The notes: a model not told the origin generated them from the sequence alone. A stretch of 64,000 nt of DNA from Ignavibacteriota bacterium (GCA_963701295.1 OY969585.1:288001-352000), one strand, 5' to 3'. Positions 39,094-50,140 are shown, numbered from the stretch's first letter. Program-made: numbers and translations.

Positions 39094-40770
39094 ATGAAAT
39101 CCCTCATTCTTCTTCTCTCCCTTCTCATTGCATTCGTAATGATGTCCTGTTCCGTGCGAAACGATGAAAAGGACTTTCGGGCCTTCGTCGACAACCACGT
39201 CAAGATCTATGAACCGAAGTTCAAGGCGATGAACCTTGCCGATTGGAATGCCAACGCCACAGGCGAAAAAAAGTATTACGATGAAAAAGCATCTCTCGAA
39301 CTGGAGATTCGAAAAATCTATTCTAACAAACAAGAATTTGAACAATTGAAGAAATGGAAAGACACCGGTACTGTCAAAGATTCATTGCTTCAGCGGCAGC
39401 TTGTTATTCTTTACAACAGTTATCTGACAAATCAAATCGATACAACGCTCATGCGGAAGATTGTGGAAAAGAGTGCAGAGATCGCCAGCAGGTTTAACAC
39501 GTTCCGTCCAATTCTTGACGGCAAAGAAGTGGATGACAATGCTATCAACAATATCCTGAAAAACGAAGCCAATTCCGCAAAGCGGCAGAAGGCATGGGAA
39601 GCAAGCAAAGAAGTCGGAAAAGCGGTTGCACCAATGGTGGTGGAGTTAGTAAAACTTCGCAACGAAGCCGCGCGGCAACTCGGCTTCGCAAATTTCTACG
39701 AAATGTCCTTAGCCACCAGTGAGCAGACCGTGAGCGAAATCGTCGCAATCTTCGACGAATTGAAAACTCTCACGGATGAGCCGTTCAAAAAACTCAAAGC
39801 CGAGATCGATGCAACTCTTGCAAAGAAGTACGGCGTCAAGCCGGACCACATGATGCCATGGCATTATCAAGACCGCTTCTTCCAAGAGGCGCCTCAGATT
39901 GGCTCGGTGGACCTCGATAAATACTTCAAAGGGAAAAAAATCGATGAACTTGGCAGAACATTTTACGCAAATATCGGTTTACCTGTAGACGACATTTTGA
40001 AGAATAGCGACATTTATGGACACAAAGGGAAATACCAGCATGCGTTCGAGAATGATATCGATCGATCTGGTGATATCCGAGTTATGTTGAGTGTCGTTGA
40101 TAATCAGGACTGGATGAGTACCATGCTGCACGAATTAGGACACGCCGCGTACAGCAAGAACATTTCACGCAGCCTCCCGTTCCTCCTTCGCATCGAAACA
40201 CATACATTCGTCACAGAAGCCATTGCGATGCTCATGGAACGGCAGCCAAGCAATGCCGACTGGCTGCAGACGATGATGGGTATCAGCAATAAAGACAAAG
40301 AAATGATCCGCGCTGTGGGACAGGAGAACTTGCGTATGCATGCGCTTATCTTCTGCAGATGGACACAGGTGATGATGAGATTTGAGAAGGCTCTGTATGA
40401 GAATCCCGATCAAGATTTGAACACGCTTTGGTGGAATTTAGTAAAAGAGTACCAGATGATCACACCTCCCGAAGGACGCAATGCACCGGATTGGGCGGCA
40501 AAAATTCACTTGGTGCAATACCCGGCATATTATCATAACTACCAGCTTGGCGAGCTGACGGCATCACAATTGCAGCATTATATTGCAAAGAATGTACTGA
40601 AGCAATCACAGGACAAAGATGTTTGCTTCGTGAACAAGCCAGAAGTCGGAAAATATTTAGCAACGAAAGTTTTTGCTCCCGGAGCCAGTTTGAGATGGGA
40701 TGCTCTCATAAAAGCAGCGACCGGTGAACCACTCACTGCGAAGTATTTTGCGGAAGAATATGTGAAGTGA
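39094..40770 (+). CDS. M2/M3-family metallopeptidase lipoprotein
   Basis: lipobox-like MMSC; PWHY, HELGH, TEAIA, KIH..YPAYYHNY, ATGEPL. Confidence 0.85.
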   Translation: MKSLILLLSLLIAFVMMSCSVRNDEKDFRAFVDNHVKIYEPKFKAMNLADWNANATGEKKYYDEKASLELEIRKIYSNKQEFEQLKKWKDTGTVKDSLLQRQLVILYNSYLTNQIDTTLMRKIVEKSAEIASRFNTFRPILDGKEVDDNAINNILKNEANSAKRQKAWEASKEVGKAVAPMVVELVKLRNEAARQLGFANFYEMSLATSEQTVSEIVAIFDELKTLTDEPFKKLKAEIDATLAKKYGVKPDHMMPWHYQDRFFQEAPQIGSVDLDKYFKGKKIDELGRTFYANIGLPVDDILKNSDIYGHKGKYQHAFENDIDRSGDIRVMLSVVDNQDWMSTMLHELGHAAYSKNISRSLPFLLRIETHTFVTEAIAMLMERQPSNADWLQTMMGISNKDKEMIRAVGQENLRMHALIFCRWTQVMMRFEKALYENPDQDLNTLWWNLVKEYQMITPPEGRNAPDWAAKIHLVQYPAYYHNYQLGELTASQLQHYIAKNVLKQSQDKDVCFVNKPEVGKYLATKVFAPGASLRWDALIKAATGEPLTAKYFAEEYVK

Positions 40771-40869
40771 ATTCATTGATGCAATCAAACAAGATCGCGC
40801 GATCTAGTCTGATGAACTTGAAATAATGTATTGTACAACTAATGTTTAATTACTTATAAGGAGACTACC

Positions 40870-41736
40870 ATGGAAGGGTTGTATGTCATTGGAGGCATCT
40901 TTTTCATATTTTTGTTTTTTTTTGGAATAAGAATTATTCGTCCAACGCATCGCGGATTAGTAGAACGGCTTGGAAAATATAGTCACTTTGCTCATCCCGG
41001 ATTTAACTGGATCATTCCCGGTATCGACAAAATGTATCAGGTTAACATTACGGAACAAATGGTTGACGCCGAACCTCAGGAGATCATTACTAACGACAAT
41101 CTGAATGCTGTCGTCGATGCGCAAGTATATTTTAAGGTGAAAGATGACGAGGCAAATGTTAAAAACTCGCAATATAAAGTCAGTAATGTCAACTTTCAGA
41201 TTGTGAATCTTGCACGTACAACATTGAGAAATATAATCGGCACAATGACACTAAAATCTGCCAACAGTGAACGGGGACGCATCAACGAAGATCTCCATAA
41301 GATTCTTATCCAGGAAACGACCAACTGGGGCATCGACATTGTAAGAGCAGAGTTGAAGCAGATTGACCCGCCAAAAGATGTACAGGAAACAATGAACAAG
41401 ATTGTAAAAGCGGAGAATGAAAAGTTAGCTGCCGTCGATTTTGCAACAGCAGCAGAAACCGCTGCTGACGGTAAGAAACGAGCCGCAATTAAAGAAGCCG
41501 AAGGAATTCGTCAGGCACGAATCCTCGCAGCGGAAGGCGAAGCAGAAGCAATCCGTTTAGTTAATGATGCAGCAAATAAATTCTTTGTCGGAAATGCTCA
41601 ACTTTTAAAACGTCTTGAAACTGTGCAACGATCGCTTGAAAAGAATTCAAAAATTGTTGTTCCCGCTAATACTGAGCTCGTGAATGTCATTGGTGAATTG
41701 GCAGGCGGAATAATACCACTGAATAAAGAGAAGTAG
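40870..41736 (+). CDS. SPFH/Band 7 domain protein
   Basis: N-terminal TM; LVERLGKY, QEIITNDN, ARTTLRNIIG, IDPPKDVQ, AEGEAEAI. Confidence 0.9.
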   Translation: MEGLYVIGGIFFIFLFFFGIRIIRPTHRGLVERLGKYSHFAHPGFNWIIPGIDKMYQVNITEQMVDAEPQEIITNDNLNAVVDAQVYFKVKDDEANVKNSQYKVSNVNFQIVNLARTTLRNIIGTMTLKSANSERGRINEDLHKILIQETTNWGIDIVRAELKQIDPPKDVQETMNKIVKAENEKLAAVDFATAAETAADGKKRAAIKEAEGIRQARILAAEGEAEAIRLVNDAANKFFVGNAQLLKRLETVQRSLEKNSKIVVPANTELVNVIGELAGGIIPLNKEK

Positions 41737-41796
41737 CAGATTCTGATCTCCGGCACTCTTCCAAAATGCGCCGGAGAGGTAGGTCGAGGCAAACAC

Positions 41797-42267
41797 ATGA
41801 AGGTTAACATACGAAATACTCAATTAGAGGATGCTGAAGCTATCACCTGTATCATCCGAGAAGTTGACTGGTTCGAACATTTAAAATCGGAATCCATTGA
41901 GATGACAGAAGAACGTGTAAGACAACATATTGCACTCTGCCTTGTGGACGACAGCCATTCTACTTTTGTTGCAGAGACCGAAGACGGCAAAGTTGTTGGA
42001 TACTCTTCTGTGCACTATCTTCCATACTTCTTTCTCCTGGGACCTGAAGGATATGTTTCTGAACTTTTTATTTCTGCGAAAGTTCGCGGACAAGGTATTG
42101 GCACTGCCCTGCTGGAACAAATTATAACGCAAGCCCGAAGACGCGGTTGTGCACGCCTGTCACTCATTAATAGCCGAACCCGCGAATCATACAAACGTAA
42201 GTTTTATGAACAGCACGGCTGGAAAGAACGCACTGAAGTGGCAGCGTTTGTATTGCCGCTAATGTAA
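41797..42267 (+). CDS. GNAT N-acetyltransferase
   Basis: VSELFI...RGQGIGTALL, FYEQHGW. Confidence 0.88.
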   Translation: MKVNIRNTQLEDAEAITCIIREVDWFEHLKSESIEMTEERVRQHIALCLVDDSHSTFVAETEDGKVVGYSSVHYLPYFFLLGPEGYVSELFISAKVRGQGIGTALLEQIITQARRRGCARLSLINSRTRESYKRKFYEQHGWKERTEVAAFVLPLM

Positions 42268-42379
42268 TTTTAGCATAGAACCCCTGATATAATTGCGATT
42301 CAACGGGCAAATTGTTAGCTTGTTCCAGTTCCTTTTGTTCTTTATTTCATGGAATCTGAACTGAGAGGGATTCATTGTA

Positions 42380-43033
42380 ATGCTAAATACTTTACTTCTT
42401 ATCGATGACGATGCCGATTTCATAACCACTCTGCAAATTGGTCTGGAGTTACAGGGATACATTGTCATATCCTCGCAGAATCCCATTACGGGCTGGAAAG
42501 AAATGGAACGATGTCAACCGAGTATTATGCTCATTGACTGGGAAATGCCTGGTATGAGTGGAATTGAGTTCGCTAAACTCGTAAAAGAGGACCCCGCACA
42601 TCGCAATCGTTATATCATTATGCTCACAGGACGAACCGGCACTGAAAATGTCGTCCAAGGCCTTGATGCTGGCGCTGACGATTATCTTGTCAAGCCATTT
42701 CACATGGAAGAGTTGTTAGCACGGATTCGCTCCGGGCTACGTTTCCGGGCTCTGGAAGAACGAATTGCAGAGGAGGCGAAGCGGTTGACTGTTTTGGAAA
42801 TGGCGCTTTCGGTCGCCGATAAGATTGGTAATCCGATTGCCGCTGCAAAGTTATATCAGCAAATTCTTTTAGAAAATCCAAGTCTCTCGAAATCCAAAGA
42901 TGTCATTAGTTCGCTGAATTCAATCGGAGAGCTTCTCAACGAAGCCCTCAAACTTATCGACCAATTTCAATCCATTAAAACACCACGATCAATTCCAGCA
43001 CCGGGCGGTAAAACCATGATTGCACCTGAATAG
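42380..43033 (+). CDS. response regulator with C-terminal HisKA-like helix lacking His
   Basis: IDDD, IDWEMP, IIMLTG, GADDYLVKPF; then SVADKIGNPI. Confidence 0.85.
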   Translation: MLNTLLLIDDDADFITTLQIGLELQGYIVISSQNPITGWKEMERCQPSIMLIDWEMPGMSGIEFAKLVKEDPAHRNRYIIMLTGRTGTENVVQGLDAGADDYLVKPFHMEELLARIRSGLRFRALEERIAEEAKRLTVLEMALSVADKIGNPIAAAKLYQQILLENPSLSKSKDVISSLNSIGELLNEALKLIDQFQSIKTPRSIPAPGGKTMIAPE

Positions 43034-43063
43034 GATACTAGAAATCGTTATGAAGGAGAATCT

Positions 43064-43267
43064 ATGAGTTCCTCAAAATCTGGACTGCACTGTTTGAATT
43101 GCGAACAATCGGAACGCGAGATCCCGCTTCTACACTTGCACTACAACGGAGATGAGCTATGGATTTGTTCACAGTGTCTGCCTACTTTGATTCATGCACC
43201 GCAGAAACTGATCGGCAAATTAGAGAACGCTGAACAGATAAGACCTACGGCGCAACACAAAAACTGA
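43064..43267 (+). CDS. small CxxC...CxxC (zinc-binding) protein
   Basis: SD aaggag; CLNC...WICSQCLPTLIHAP. Confidence 0.65.
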   Translation: MSSSKSGLHCLNCEQSEREIPLLHLHYNGDELWICSQCLPTLIHAPQKLIGKLENAEQIRPTAQHKN

Positions 43268-43284
43268 ATTTCTTCGGAGATTCT

Positions 43285-44310
43285 ATGTCAATCAAAACCA
43301 TCCTCGTTACAGGAGCAAACGGTGAAATCGGTCATGGACTGATCGAGCATCTTTCCGAATACGGTGGCATGCATATTATCGCAATGGACATTACACCCAT
43401 CGATGAGTCTGTGAAAGCACGATGTCATCGTCTTGTCACCGGGGATATTCTCGATACGCATCTCCTCGAGACACTCTCCACCGAACATAATTTCGATACC
43501 ATCTACCATCTTGCAGCGCTGCTTTCCACGCGGGCAGAACGCCAGCCAACACTTGCGCACCGCGTAAACGTTGATGGAACGTTGAACCTTTTGGAAATTG
43601 CCATCACACAATCGCGCTTGCAAGGTCGTGAAATCAAGTTCATCTATCCAAGTTCTATTGCCGTGTACGGCCTTCCCGATCTAGAGGCAAAGCGGAAAGC
43701 GGGCAAAGTAAAAGAAGATCAGTGGCTAGTACCACGAACTATGTACGGCATTAATAAATTATACAACGAACAGCTTGGCAGATATTATGCCAATTATTAT
43801 CGTCAACTAGATGCCGAGCCGCCAAAAGGACAAATTGATTTCCGCGGTGTACGATTTCCCGGTCTGATCAGCGCAGTAACTCTGCCTACCGGCGGAACCA
43901 GCGACTTCGCTCCCGAAATGCTGCATATGGCCGCAAAAAACAAACATTATGAATGTTTCGTGCGTGAAGATACACGTATTCCGTTTATGGCAATGCCAGA
44001 TGCAATTACCGCTCTGCTGAAACTTCAAGCTGCTCCTCACGAAAAGCTTTCACAGACCATATATAACGTCGGTGCGTTCAATCCTTCGGCGGTGGAAGTG
44101 TTTCAGATCCTTCAAAAAGCATTTCCAGATACCAACGTCAAGTTTGCATCGGATTACCGGCGGCAAGCAATCATTGACAGCTGGCCTGCGGACGTGGATG
44201 ATACAGCAGCGCGATGCGACTGGGATTGGAAGTCAGAATATTCTTTGGATCGAGCATTTTCCGAATATTTGATTCCTGCTGTACGGAGACGATATCCATC
44301 AAAAGCCTGA
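43285..44310 (+). CDS. SDR-type L-threonine 3-dehydrogenase-like epimerase family protein
   Basis: TGANGEIG, HLAALLS, PSSIAVYG, YGINK, RFPGLIS, GGTSDF, RQAIIDSWP. Confidence 0.8.
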   Translation: MSIKTILVTGANGEIGHGLIEHLSEYGGMHIIAMDITPIDESVKARCHRLVTGDILDTHLLETLSTEHNFDTIYHLAALLSTRAERQPTLAHRVNVDGTLNLLEIAITQSRLQGREIKFIYPSSIAVYGLPDLEAKRKAGKVKEDQWLVPRTMYGINKLYNEQLGRYYANYYRQLDAEPPKGQIDFRGVRFPGLISAVTLPTGGTSDFAPEMLHMAAKNKHYECFVREDTRIPFMAMPDAITALLKLQAAPHEKLSQTIYNVGAFNPSAVEVFQILQKAFPDTNVKFASDYRRQAIIDSWPADVDDTAARCDWDWKSEYSLDRAFSEYLIPAVRRRYPSKA

Positions 44311-44374
44311 GATAAGCTTCATAAAACGATCACCTGAACACCGATCTTTCACTACCGATGTTTTTTAATTCCTG

Positions 44375-44416
44375 TCTGGATTTTTGTACAATTGTTGATT
44401 TAATTAGATACAGTGA
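44375..44416 (+). promoter_or_regulatory. 42-bp element upstream of pfkA (copy 1)
   Basis: tctggatttttgtacaattgttgatttaattagatacagtga; 39/42 identical to 50141-50182. Confidence 0.75.
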
Positions 44417-44471
44417 TATTGTCAAATACGGACGAAATTAATTTTCTGTTACTTTGAAGGGATAAAAAACA

Positions 44472-45629
44472 ATGCGTTTAGGTATTTTAACTGGAGGAGG
44501 AGATGTTCCAGGATTGAATGCGTGTATGAAAGCAGCATCAATGCGGATTCTTGAAGAAGGACATGAAATGTTCGGGTTGAAGCGCGGCTGGGCCGGATTG
44601 CTTCAATACAATCCGGACGACCCAAAGACTCAAGGAGAACTTATTCTTCCACTGACAAAAACTGTTGTTCGCACCATCGATCGTACCGGCGGAACATTCT
44701 TACACACGTCACGAACAAATCCAGGCAAAGTACGTCCTAAAGACATGCCGGATTTTCTGAAGGGGAAATTTGAGTACAAAGACGGTACAGAATCAGCTGA
44801 CTGCACTGCTCATGCTCTCCGTGTTATAGAACACATGAAGCTGGATGGACTCATCGCTATCGGCGGTGATGATACACTCAGCTACGCTGTACGTCTGCAT
44901 AAAGAAGGTGTTCCAATGGTCTGCATTCCAAAAACAATGGATAACGATGTCTACGGCACCGATTATTGCATTGGCTTCTCAACAGCTGTTACACGCAGTA
45001 TTGAATTTATTAATTCCATGCGAACGCCAGTCGGTTCTCACGAACGTATTGCGGTTGTGGAATTATTCGGACGCTATTCCGGAGAAACCTCTCTCATTTC
45101 GGCTTATCTTGCCGGTGTTGATCGGGCAATTATCTCAGAAGTCGACTTTGACATAGATAAACTCGTCAAGTTTTTAATCGAAGATCGCAAAGGAAATCCC
45201 AGCAACTATGCTATTATGACTGTCTCGGAAGGCGCCAAACCTCTCGGCGGCTCAATGTCTCTTACCGGCGAAGCTGATGCTTTTGGACATAAAAAGCTCG
45301 GAGGCATTGGACAATATATCGGAAGTGAAATTGAAAAACGTTCCGGCATAGGTGTGATGGTTCAACAACTTGGATATCTGATGCGCGGCGGTGCGCCTGA
45401 TGCACTTGATCGTATGGTTGCTACAACGTATGGTTATCTCGCTGCCGATCTTTTAATTCAGAGGAAATCCGGCCGAATGGTTGCGTTACGCGACGGCAAG
45501 TACACAACTATTTCTGCCAGTATGATTACTGAAGGCAAGAAATGTGTTGATGTGGATGAGTTATACGATATTGAAAAATATCGGCCTAAAGTAGCACATT
45601 TACTTGGCAAGCCGATGTTCCTGTACTAA
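44472..45629 (+). CDS. pfkA: 6-phosphofructokinase (short PfkA-type, PPi-type signature)
   Basis: [48 protein letters not shown]. Confidence 0.88.
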   Translation: MRLGILTGGGDVPGLNACMKAASMRILEEGHEMFGLKRGWAGLLQYNPDDPKTQGELILPLTKTVVRTIDRTGGTFLHTSRTNPGKVRPKDMPDFLKGKFEYKDGTESADCTAHALRVIEHMKLDGLIAIGGDDTLSYAVRLHKEGVPMVCIPKTMDNDVYGTDYCIGFSTAVTRSIEFINSMRTPVGSHERIAVVELFGRYSGETSLISAYLAGVDRAIISEVDFDIDKLVKFLIEDRKGNPSNYAIMTVSEGAKPLGGSMSLTGEADAFGHKKLGGIGQYIGSEIEKRSGIGVMVQQLGYLMRGGAPDALDRMVATTYGYLAADLLIQRKSGRMVALRDGKYTTISASMITEGKKCVDVDELYDIEKYRPKVAHLLGKPMFLY

Positions 45630-45710
45630 GCTGTAGGGAATATAGTATTTCCTTCTTTCGTGGTTACATTCTTAGGCACTTTCAGTTATAGAAAGTATAA
45701 GGGTGTAACC

Positions 45711-46730
45711 ATGTTTTTATCTAAACATACCAACAGTATTTAGTACCTGTTCTATACCAACACATCCGGCAACTGGGCTAAAGTTTCTTCCCGGTGCACT
45801 CATAAAACCGATGCACTTAAGTTCCTTCAAGGATTCAAGCAAGATGAACACCCACGAGGACAGAACGCCAAGTGGAAACTTTGTAGCGAGTTCTGGAAAG
45901 AGTTTCTAACCTATACAGAATTTAACTTTTCTCAAGCAACGGTAGTTTTATATAAGAACACAACAAGATTGTTCTTTGAGATAGTTGGAGATAAACCCCT
46001 CGTTGATTACACGCCAAGAGATTTTGACCTCTACAAAACGGTAAGACAGAAATATGTTAAGGCTCCAACTGTCAACATTGACTTGCGAACGATACGCGCT
46101 TTCTTCAACGTTGCTGTACGTTGAAGACTATTAGACAAATCCCCTTTTGACATTGAACTTGTTCCCATCCCGGAGTCAAGCCCAGTGTATCTTACAAAGC
46201 AGGACTTTGAGAGATTGCTTGCAGTAATCAAAGAGAACTGGCTTAAAGAAATCATCGTCTTTGCGGTATCCACAGGGTTACGAAGAGGTGAACTACTCAA
46301 CTTGAAATGGAGCAACGTAGATATGCAACGGAAGCTATTGTATATCGAATCTTCTCCAACGTTTCGGACTAAAGCGGGCAAGCGAAGAACTATCCCGCTT
46401 TCAGACACAGCATTGTTAATTCTTCAGGCACGGCAAAGAAAAGGATTATCTGGATGTGTATTTACTTGGGATGGAAAAATTATTTCCGGTTGTTTCCTAT
46501 CTCACTTATTCAAGCGGTATGTAAGGCAGGTGAAACTCAGCAATCAGGATATACACTTTCACAGCCTCCGGCACTCGTTTGCCTCTTGGCTTGCTTAGGA
46601 CGGCACTTCTGTATATGTGATAAAAGACTTACTTGAATACTCAGACGTAAAAACAATCCAGATATACAGCCATTTACAGCCGGAGAATTTGCGTACTGAG
46701 GTGAATAAGATTTCGGTACCTTTGAACTGA
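45711..46730 (+). pseudogene. tyrosine recombinase/integrase pseudogene
   Basis: single frame with stops at 45741 (TAG), 46122 (TGA) and 46596 (TAG); TGLRRGEL, HFHSLRHSFAS, LLEYS (canonical LGH lost), IQIY. Confidence 0.88.
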
Positions 46731-47326
46731 GAAAGTAGTCTCTAACGCGCTCTTGCTTTTGCGGGGATGTTGGATTATATTCGCGCGATAGTAAAATAGA
46801 TAGGAACAGTGAATAGGGTGATAGGTTCACTCATTCTGAAGAGACTTGTCCTCTATCAAGCTGTAATAAAATCAACTAAACGCCTCGGAGGTAATCATGA
46901 AGATACGTGTAAGAGCTTTTGGGTTAGCAGTCGGTATTGTGTGTGGATTGGGAGTATTTGTGCCAACACTTTTGGCTGCCGTTTGGGGAACCGGTAAAAC
47001 ACTTATATTGCTTAGAGCGTTTTTCTTTGGATACAGCATAAGCTTCGGTGGGGCTATTGTGGGATTGATTTGGGGTTTCGTTTTGGGATTCATTTGTGGG
47101 GCATTGGTTGCGTGGATATACAATATACTCCATAAGGCGCTCTACAAATCATAGGGGACGGGGTATAAATGATACTCGGCTGTTGAGAGGTCTTTAGATA
47201 GGATGAACTATGAGCCCCAACAGACTCCATTGGAGCTTTGTGTTTATTCTAGCCTGAGACCATCTGAATATTACTGTGAATAAGATTTCGGTGTCTTTGA
47301 ATTGAAAAAGGTGTAGCCTATAACGC
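46701..47326 (+). repeat. direct repeat of the integrase 3' end (46701-46730 and 47276-47305)
   Basis: gtgaataagatttcggtNNctttgaaYtga, 27/30 identical; both copies followed by gtagYctMtaacgc. Confidence 0.8.
46897..47154 (+). CDS. small membrane protein of the family often annotated 'bacteriophage holin'
   Basis: SD ggaggt; AFGLAVG...GYSISFGGAIVGLIWGFV.GFI.GAL.AWIYN. Confidence 0.65.
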   Translation: MKIRVRAFGLAVGIVCGLGVFVPTLLAAVWGTGKTLILLRAFFFGYSISFGGAIVGLIWGFVLGFICGALVAWIYNILHKALYKS

Positions 47327-47378
47327 AAATATGAACAAGAGCACTCATTTTACAAGTTTGCTTTGCTGGTTAGTATTG

Positions 47379-47715
47379 TCAAGCGGCAGCATCGACAGCG
47401 TCTTGAATAGATGACTCCACATCGCCAACTGACGTCCTAACTTTATATACCGAATAGCGCCAGTCACCATTATTCAATCCATCAACATCAGTTGAAAGGT
47501 CATCGGCCTTTGATTTTACATTGTCAAATTCTGACTGAACATTTTCCAGTTTATTCTTCAGATTTTCAATTTTCTGATTGGCCTTTTCAAGCTCACTATT
47601 AATTTGATTGACTTGTTTCTCTAATTCCTCTGTTCTTGCCCCCATTGCAACCACGAAAAGGAAACACGACCACGAAGAAGGCTATAGAGAATATATTCAG
47701 TTTTGTAATGTTCAT
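47379..47715 (-). CDS. coiled-coil lipoprotein-like protein with a +1 shift in a G5 run
   Basis: SD ggag + MNITKLNIFSIAFFVVVFPFRGC joins heptad-rich ARTEELEKQVNQIN... if one G (C5 at 47639-43) is removed. Confidence 0.5.
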
Positions 47716-47880
47716 GTTATCTCCACAAGCTTATTCCTTTACGAATAGGTGGAGTGCACATCCGTACTCAATCGACATTAATTGAGTTGTTGGTTAATGG
47801 GTGGCAATTAAGCTACTATAATCTGATTAACTTTTAATAAATGTAATAATAAGCGGAAAAAGCTATTTTGTTTCTGCTTT

Positions 47881-48257
47881 TTAAAGAATCTTAATTTGTT
47901 TAGGTGATTTGAGAATAATTTCAGACTTGTCTTGATAGAGCTTAATCTTGCCTATATTTCGACAGTCGGACCTTCATATTGATTCACATTAGAGAAAATT
48001 TTAACATCACTTATTAAAAATAACTGCTGCAAATGCATTGTTTGGATATTTGCCTTCTCTGCCAAGGAAGACGGTACCTTCCCTTGAGATATATACTTCA
48101 CGAACCAAACCCTTGATTGTTGCATATTCACCTACATGATTTATTGCTTCCTCGAGAGAATACTTCGGAATTTTTACTTAGCCAATCCTTCATTAAGTGT
48201 GAAAAAGAAAATAAAAATAGATGCACACGACATGAAAGATTTGATGAATTGTTTCAT
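47881..48257 (-). pseudogene. secreted OB-fold-like protein pseudogene
   Basis: SD ggagg; signal peptide, stop, then EEAINHVGEYATIKGLVREVYISREGTVFL..GKYP..FAAVIF...YEG..GKIKLYQDKSEIILKSPKQIKIL across several frameshifts. Confidence 0.6.
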
Positions 48258-48574
48258 ACGTCCTCCGTTCTTGAAAGGTTCAACTTCTAATAATCTATTT
48301 GGTTGAAGGAATTATTCTAATTTTAGCAATTTATTAGTTTCAGCGAGAATATGGTTCTTCCTTGTACTAAAATCAAGTTATTGAAATTCATTTTTCTAAT
48401 CTTGTGAATGAGTATAAATAAGGATAGTTTTAAGTTCTGGCAGGAATTCGCCAACACAACAATAGAGACACTTGTTTGTTGCCTAATTGCATACATCGGG
48501 ATATTTCACTTCATTAAATATTATATCTTTTATTTATGATCGGAAACAAACCTGACCACATGAAAGACAAGACA

Positions 48575-49288
48575 ATGACCACTGTCAGCAGCATAGCGAA
48601 GATGATCGATCACTCAATCCTTCATCCTACTTTTACCGATGACGATTTAAAGACCAACTGTGAAATCGCAAAAAAATATCATGTCGCCACCGTATGTGTA
48701 AAACCATATCACACAAAGATGGCGGCGGATATACTCGAAGGCTCCGATGTCGCAGTGTGCGCAGTCATTGGTTTTCCCCATGGTAACAGTACTATCGATA
48801 TAAAAGCTGCAGAAGCCCTTCAGGTTATTAAAGACGGCGCGAGCGAAGTAGACGTAGTTGTCAATATCGGTAAAGTGCTGCAAGCCGATTGGAATTATAT
48901 CGATCAAGAACTAAAAACAATCCATGACATCTGTCTCAATAATAAAGTGCTTTTAAAAGTAATTTTCGAAACAGATTATTTATCGCGCGATGAAGACAAA
49001 ATAAAACTATGCAAACTTTGCAGTAAACATACGATCGATTTTGTAAAGACCTCTACCGGTTATGGCTTCGTTAAGGATAGCGATGGAAAGTATTCGTATG
49101 CAGGAGCAACCGAACATGACATAAAACTCATGCGCAATCATTGTGCTCCTGGTGTACATATTAAAGCAGCAGGCGGTATTCGAACTCTTGACCATGTCCT
49201 AAAAATGCGCGAGCTTGGAGCCACGAGGATCGGCGCTACCGCGACAGCAGACATTTTGGAAGAAGCAAAAAAGCGTTTTAAACTATAA
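48575..49288 (+). CDS. deoC: deoxyribose-phosphate aldolase
   Basis: IDHSIL, VCVKP, VIGFPHG, EVDVVVNIG, KVIFET, FVKTSTG, KAAGGIR, RIGAT; start may be 48536-48575. Confidence 0.93.
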   Translation: MTTVSSIAKMIDHSILHPTFTDDDLKTNCEIAKKYHVATVCVKPYHTKMAADILEGSDVAVCAVIGFPHGNSTIDIKAAEALQVIKDGASEVDVVVNIGKVLQADWNYIDQELKTIHDICLNNKVLLKVIFETDYLSRDEDKIKLCKLCSKHTIDFVKTSTGYGFVKDSDGKYSYAGATEHDIKLMRNHCAPGVHIKAAGGIRTLDHVLKMRELGATRIGATATADILEEAKKRFKL

Positions 49289-49460
49289 TCGTACTAGAAT
49301 AAAAACTTGCAGCTGAATTTGTTAAGTTAAAAATAGTTTCCTACATCTACCCTAGCAACACAGCAAAATACAGCCAAATCGCTTGTATCTGCTTACAATC
49401 ATGCTTATTTTCCTAATGTTATTTTTTTAGTCGGCTTGCTTCTCACAAAAAGGATTCAAC

Positions 49461-50093
49461 ATGCTAGAAAATAAATATTTAGAAGAACATGTTTTAGTAT
49501 TTAAGACTCAATTACTCGAACACATAGGCATGTTTCAAGGTCTTTGCTTTGAGCTGGGTAAATATAGAGATATTATATATAATTCAAAGAATCACATTTT
49601 CCTCAAAAGAAAAGATGCGGAATCCAATCCTGCCTACAAGCAGTTGATCCCTTATGCCCTCTTGCAATTCAAAAACACATTTTTTGTCTATCGCCGCGGT
49701 AAACTTCTGGCGGAGAAAAGACTTCTTGGAAATTATTCATTAGGTGTAGGCGGACATATTTCTGTTACTGACCCGGGATTATTTGGTACAACCTATGAAG
49801 ATGGTCTGAGACGTGAAATACATGAAGAAGTTATTCTTGAATCTCCTTATACGCAGCGGATTGTCGCCCTGCTGAATGACGATTCTGACGATGTCGGAAA
49901 AGTTCACTTCGGCATTGTTCACGTTCTTGCACTAGAAAAACCGTTAGTCAAACCAAGAGAAAAATCGATTAATGAAACGAAATTCCTGGACACCGAAGAA
50001 CTTAGTAACAAAATAATTACATTTGAAAATTGGTCGAAAATATGTATTCACCATATTGATCGCATTATCGATCGCAAAGAACAGAACTTTTGA
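49461..50093 (+). CDS. NUDIX-like phosphoesterase (YmaB-like)
   Basis: E.NPAYKQLIPY, EKRL, SLGVGGHI, REIHEEV, VGKVHFG. Confidence 0.78.
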   Translation: MLENKYLEEHVLVFKTQLLEHIGMFQGLCFELGKYRDIIYNSKNHIFLKRKDAESNPAYKQLIPYALLQFKNTFFVYRRGKLLAEKRLLGNYSLGVGGHISVTDPGLFGTTYEDGLRREIHEEVILESPYTQRIVALLNDDSDDVGKVHFGIVHVLALEKPLVKPREKSINETKFLDTEELSNKIITFENWSKICIHHIDRIIDRKEQNF

Positions 50094-50140
50094 GGAAACA
50101 ATAATCCTATCAATGCATAAATGTCCATGATATTTATTTA

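Noticed and set aside
45711-46730. Stop-codon reassignment or readthrough in the integrase and hemerythrin copy
   Set aside because: Both TAG and TGA occur, both terminate normal genes in this window, and catalytic residues are also decayed.
46897-47154. Holin as evidence of a prophage
   Set aside because: No endolysin, structural or replication phage genes nearby; holin function is unverified for this small membrane family.
45711-47330. Integron (IntI + attC cassettes)
   Set aside because: No IntI-specific insertion is evident, and I found no paired RYYYAAC/GTTRRRY attC hairpins; only a direct repeat is supported.
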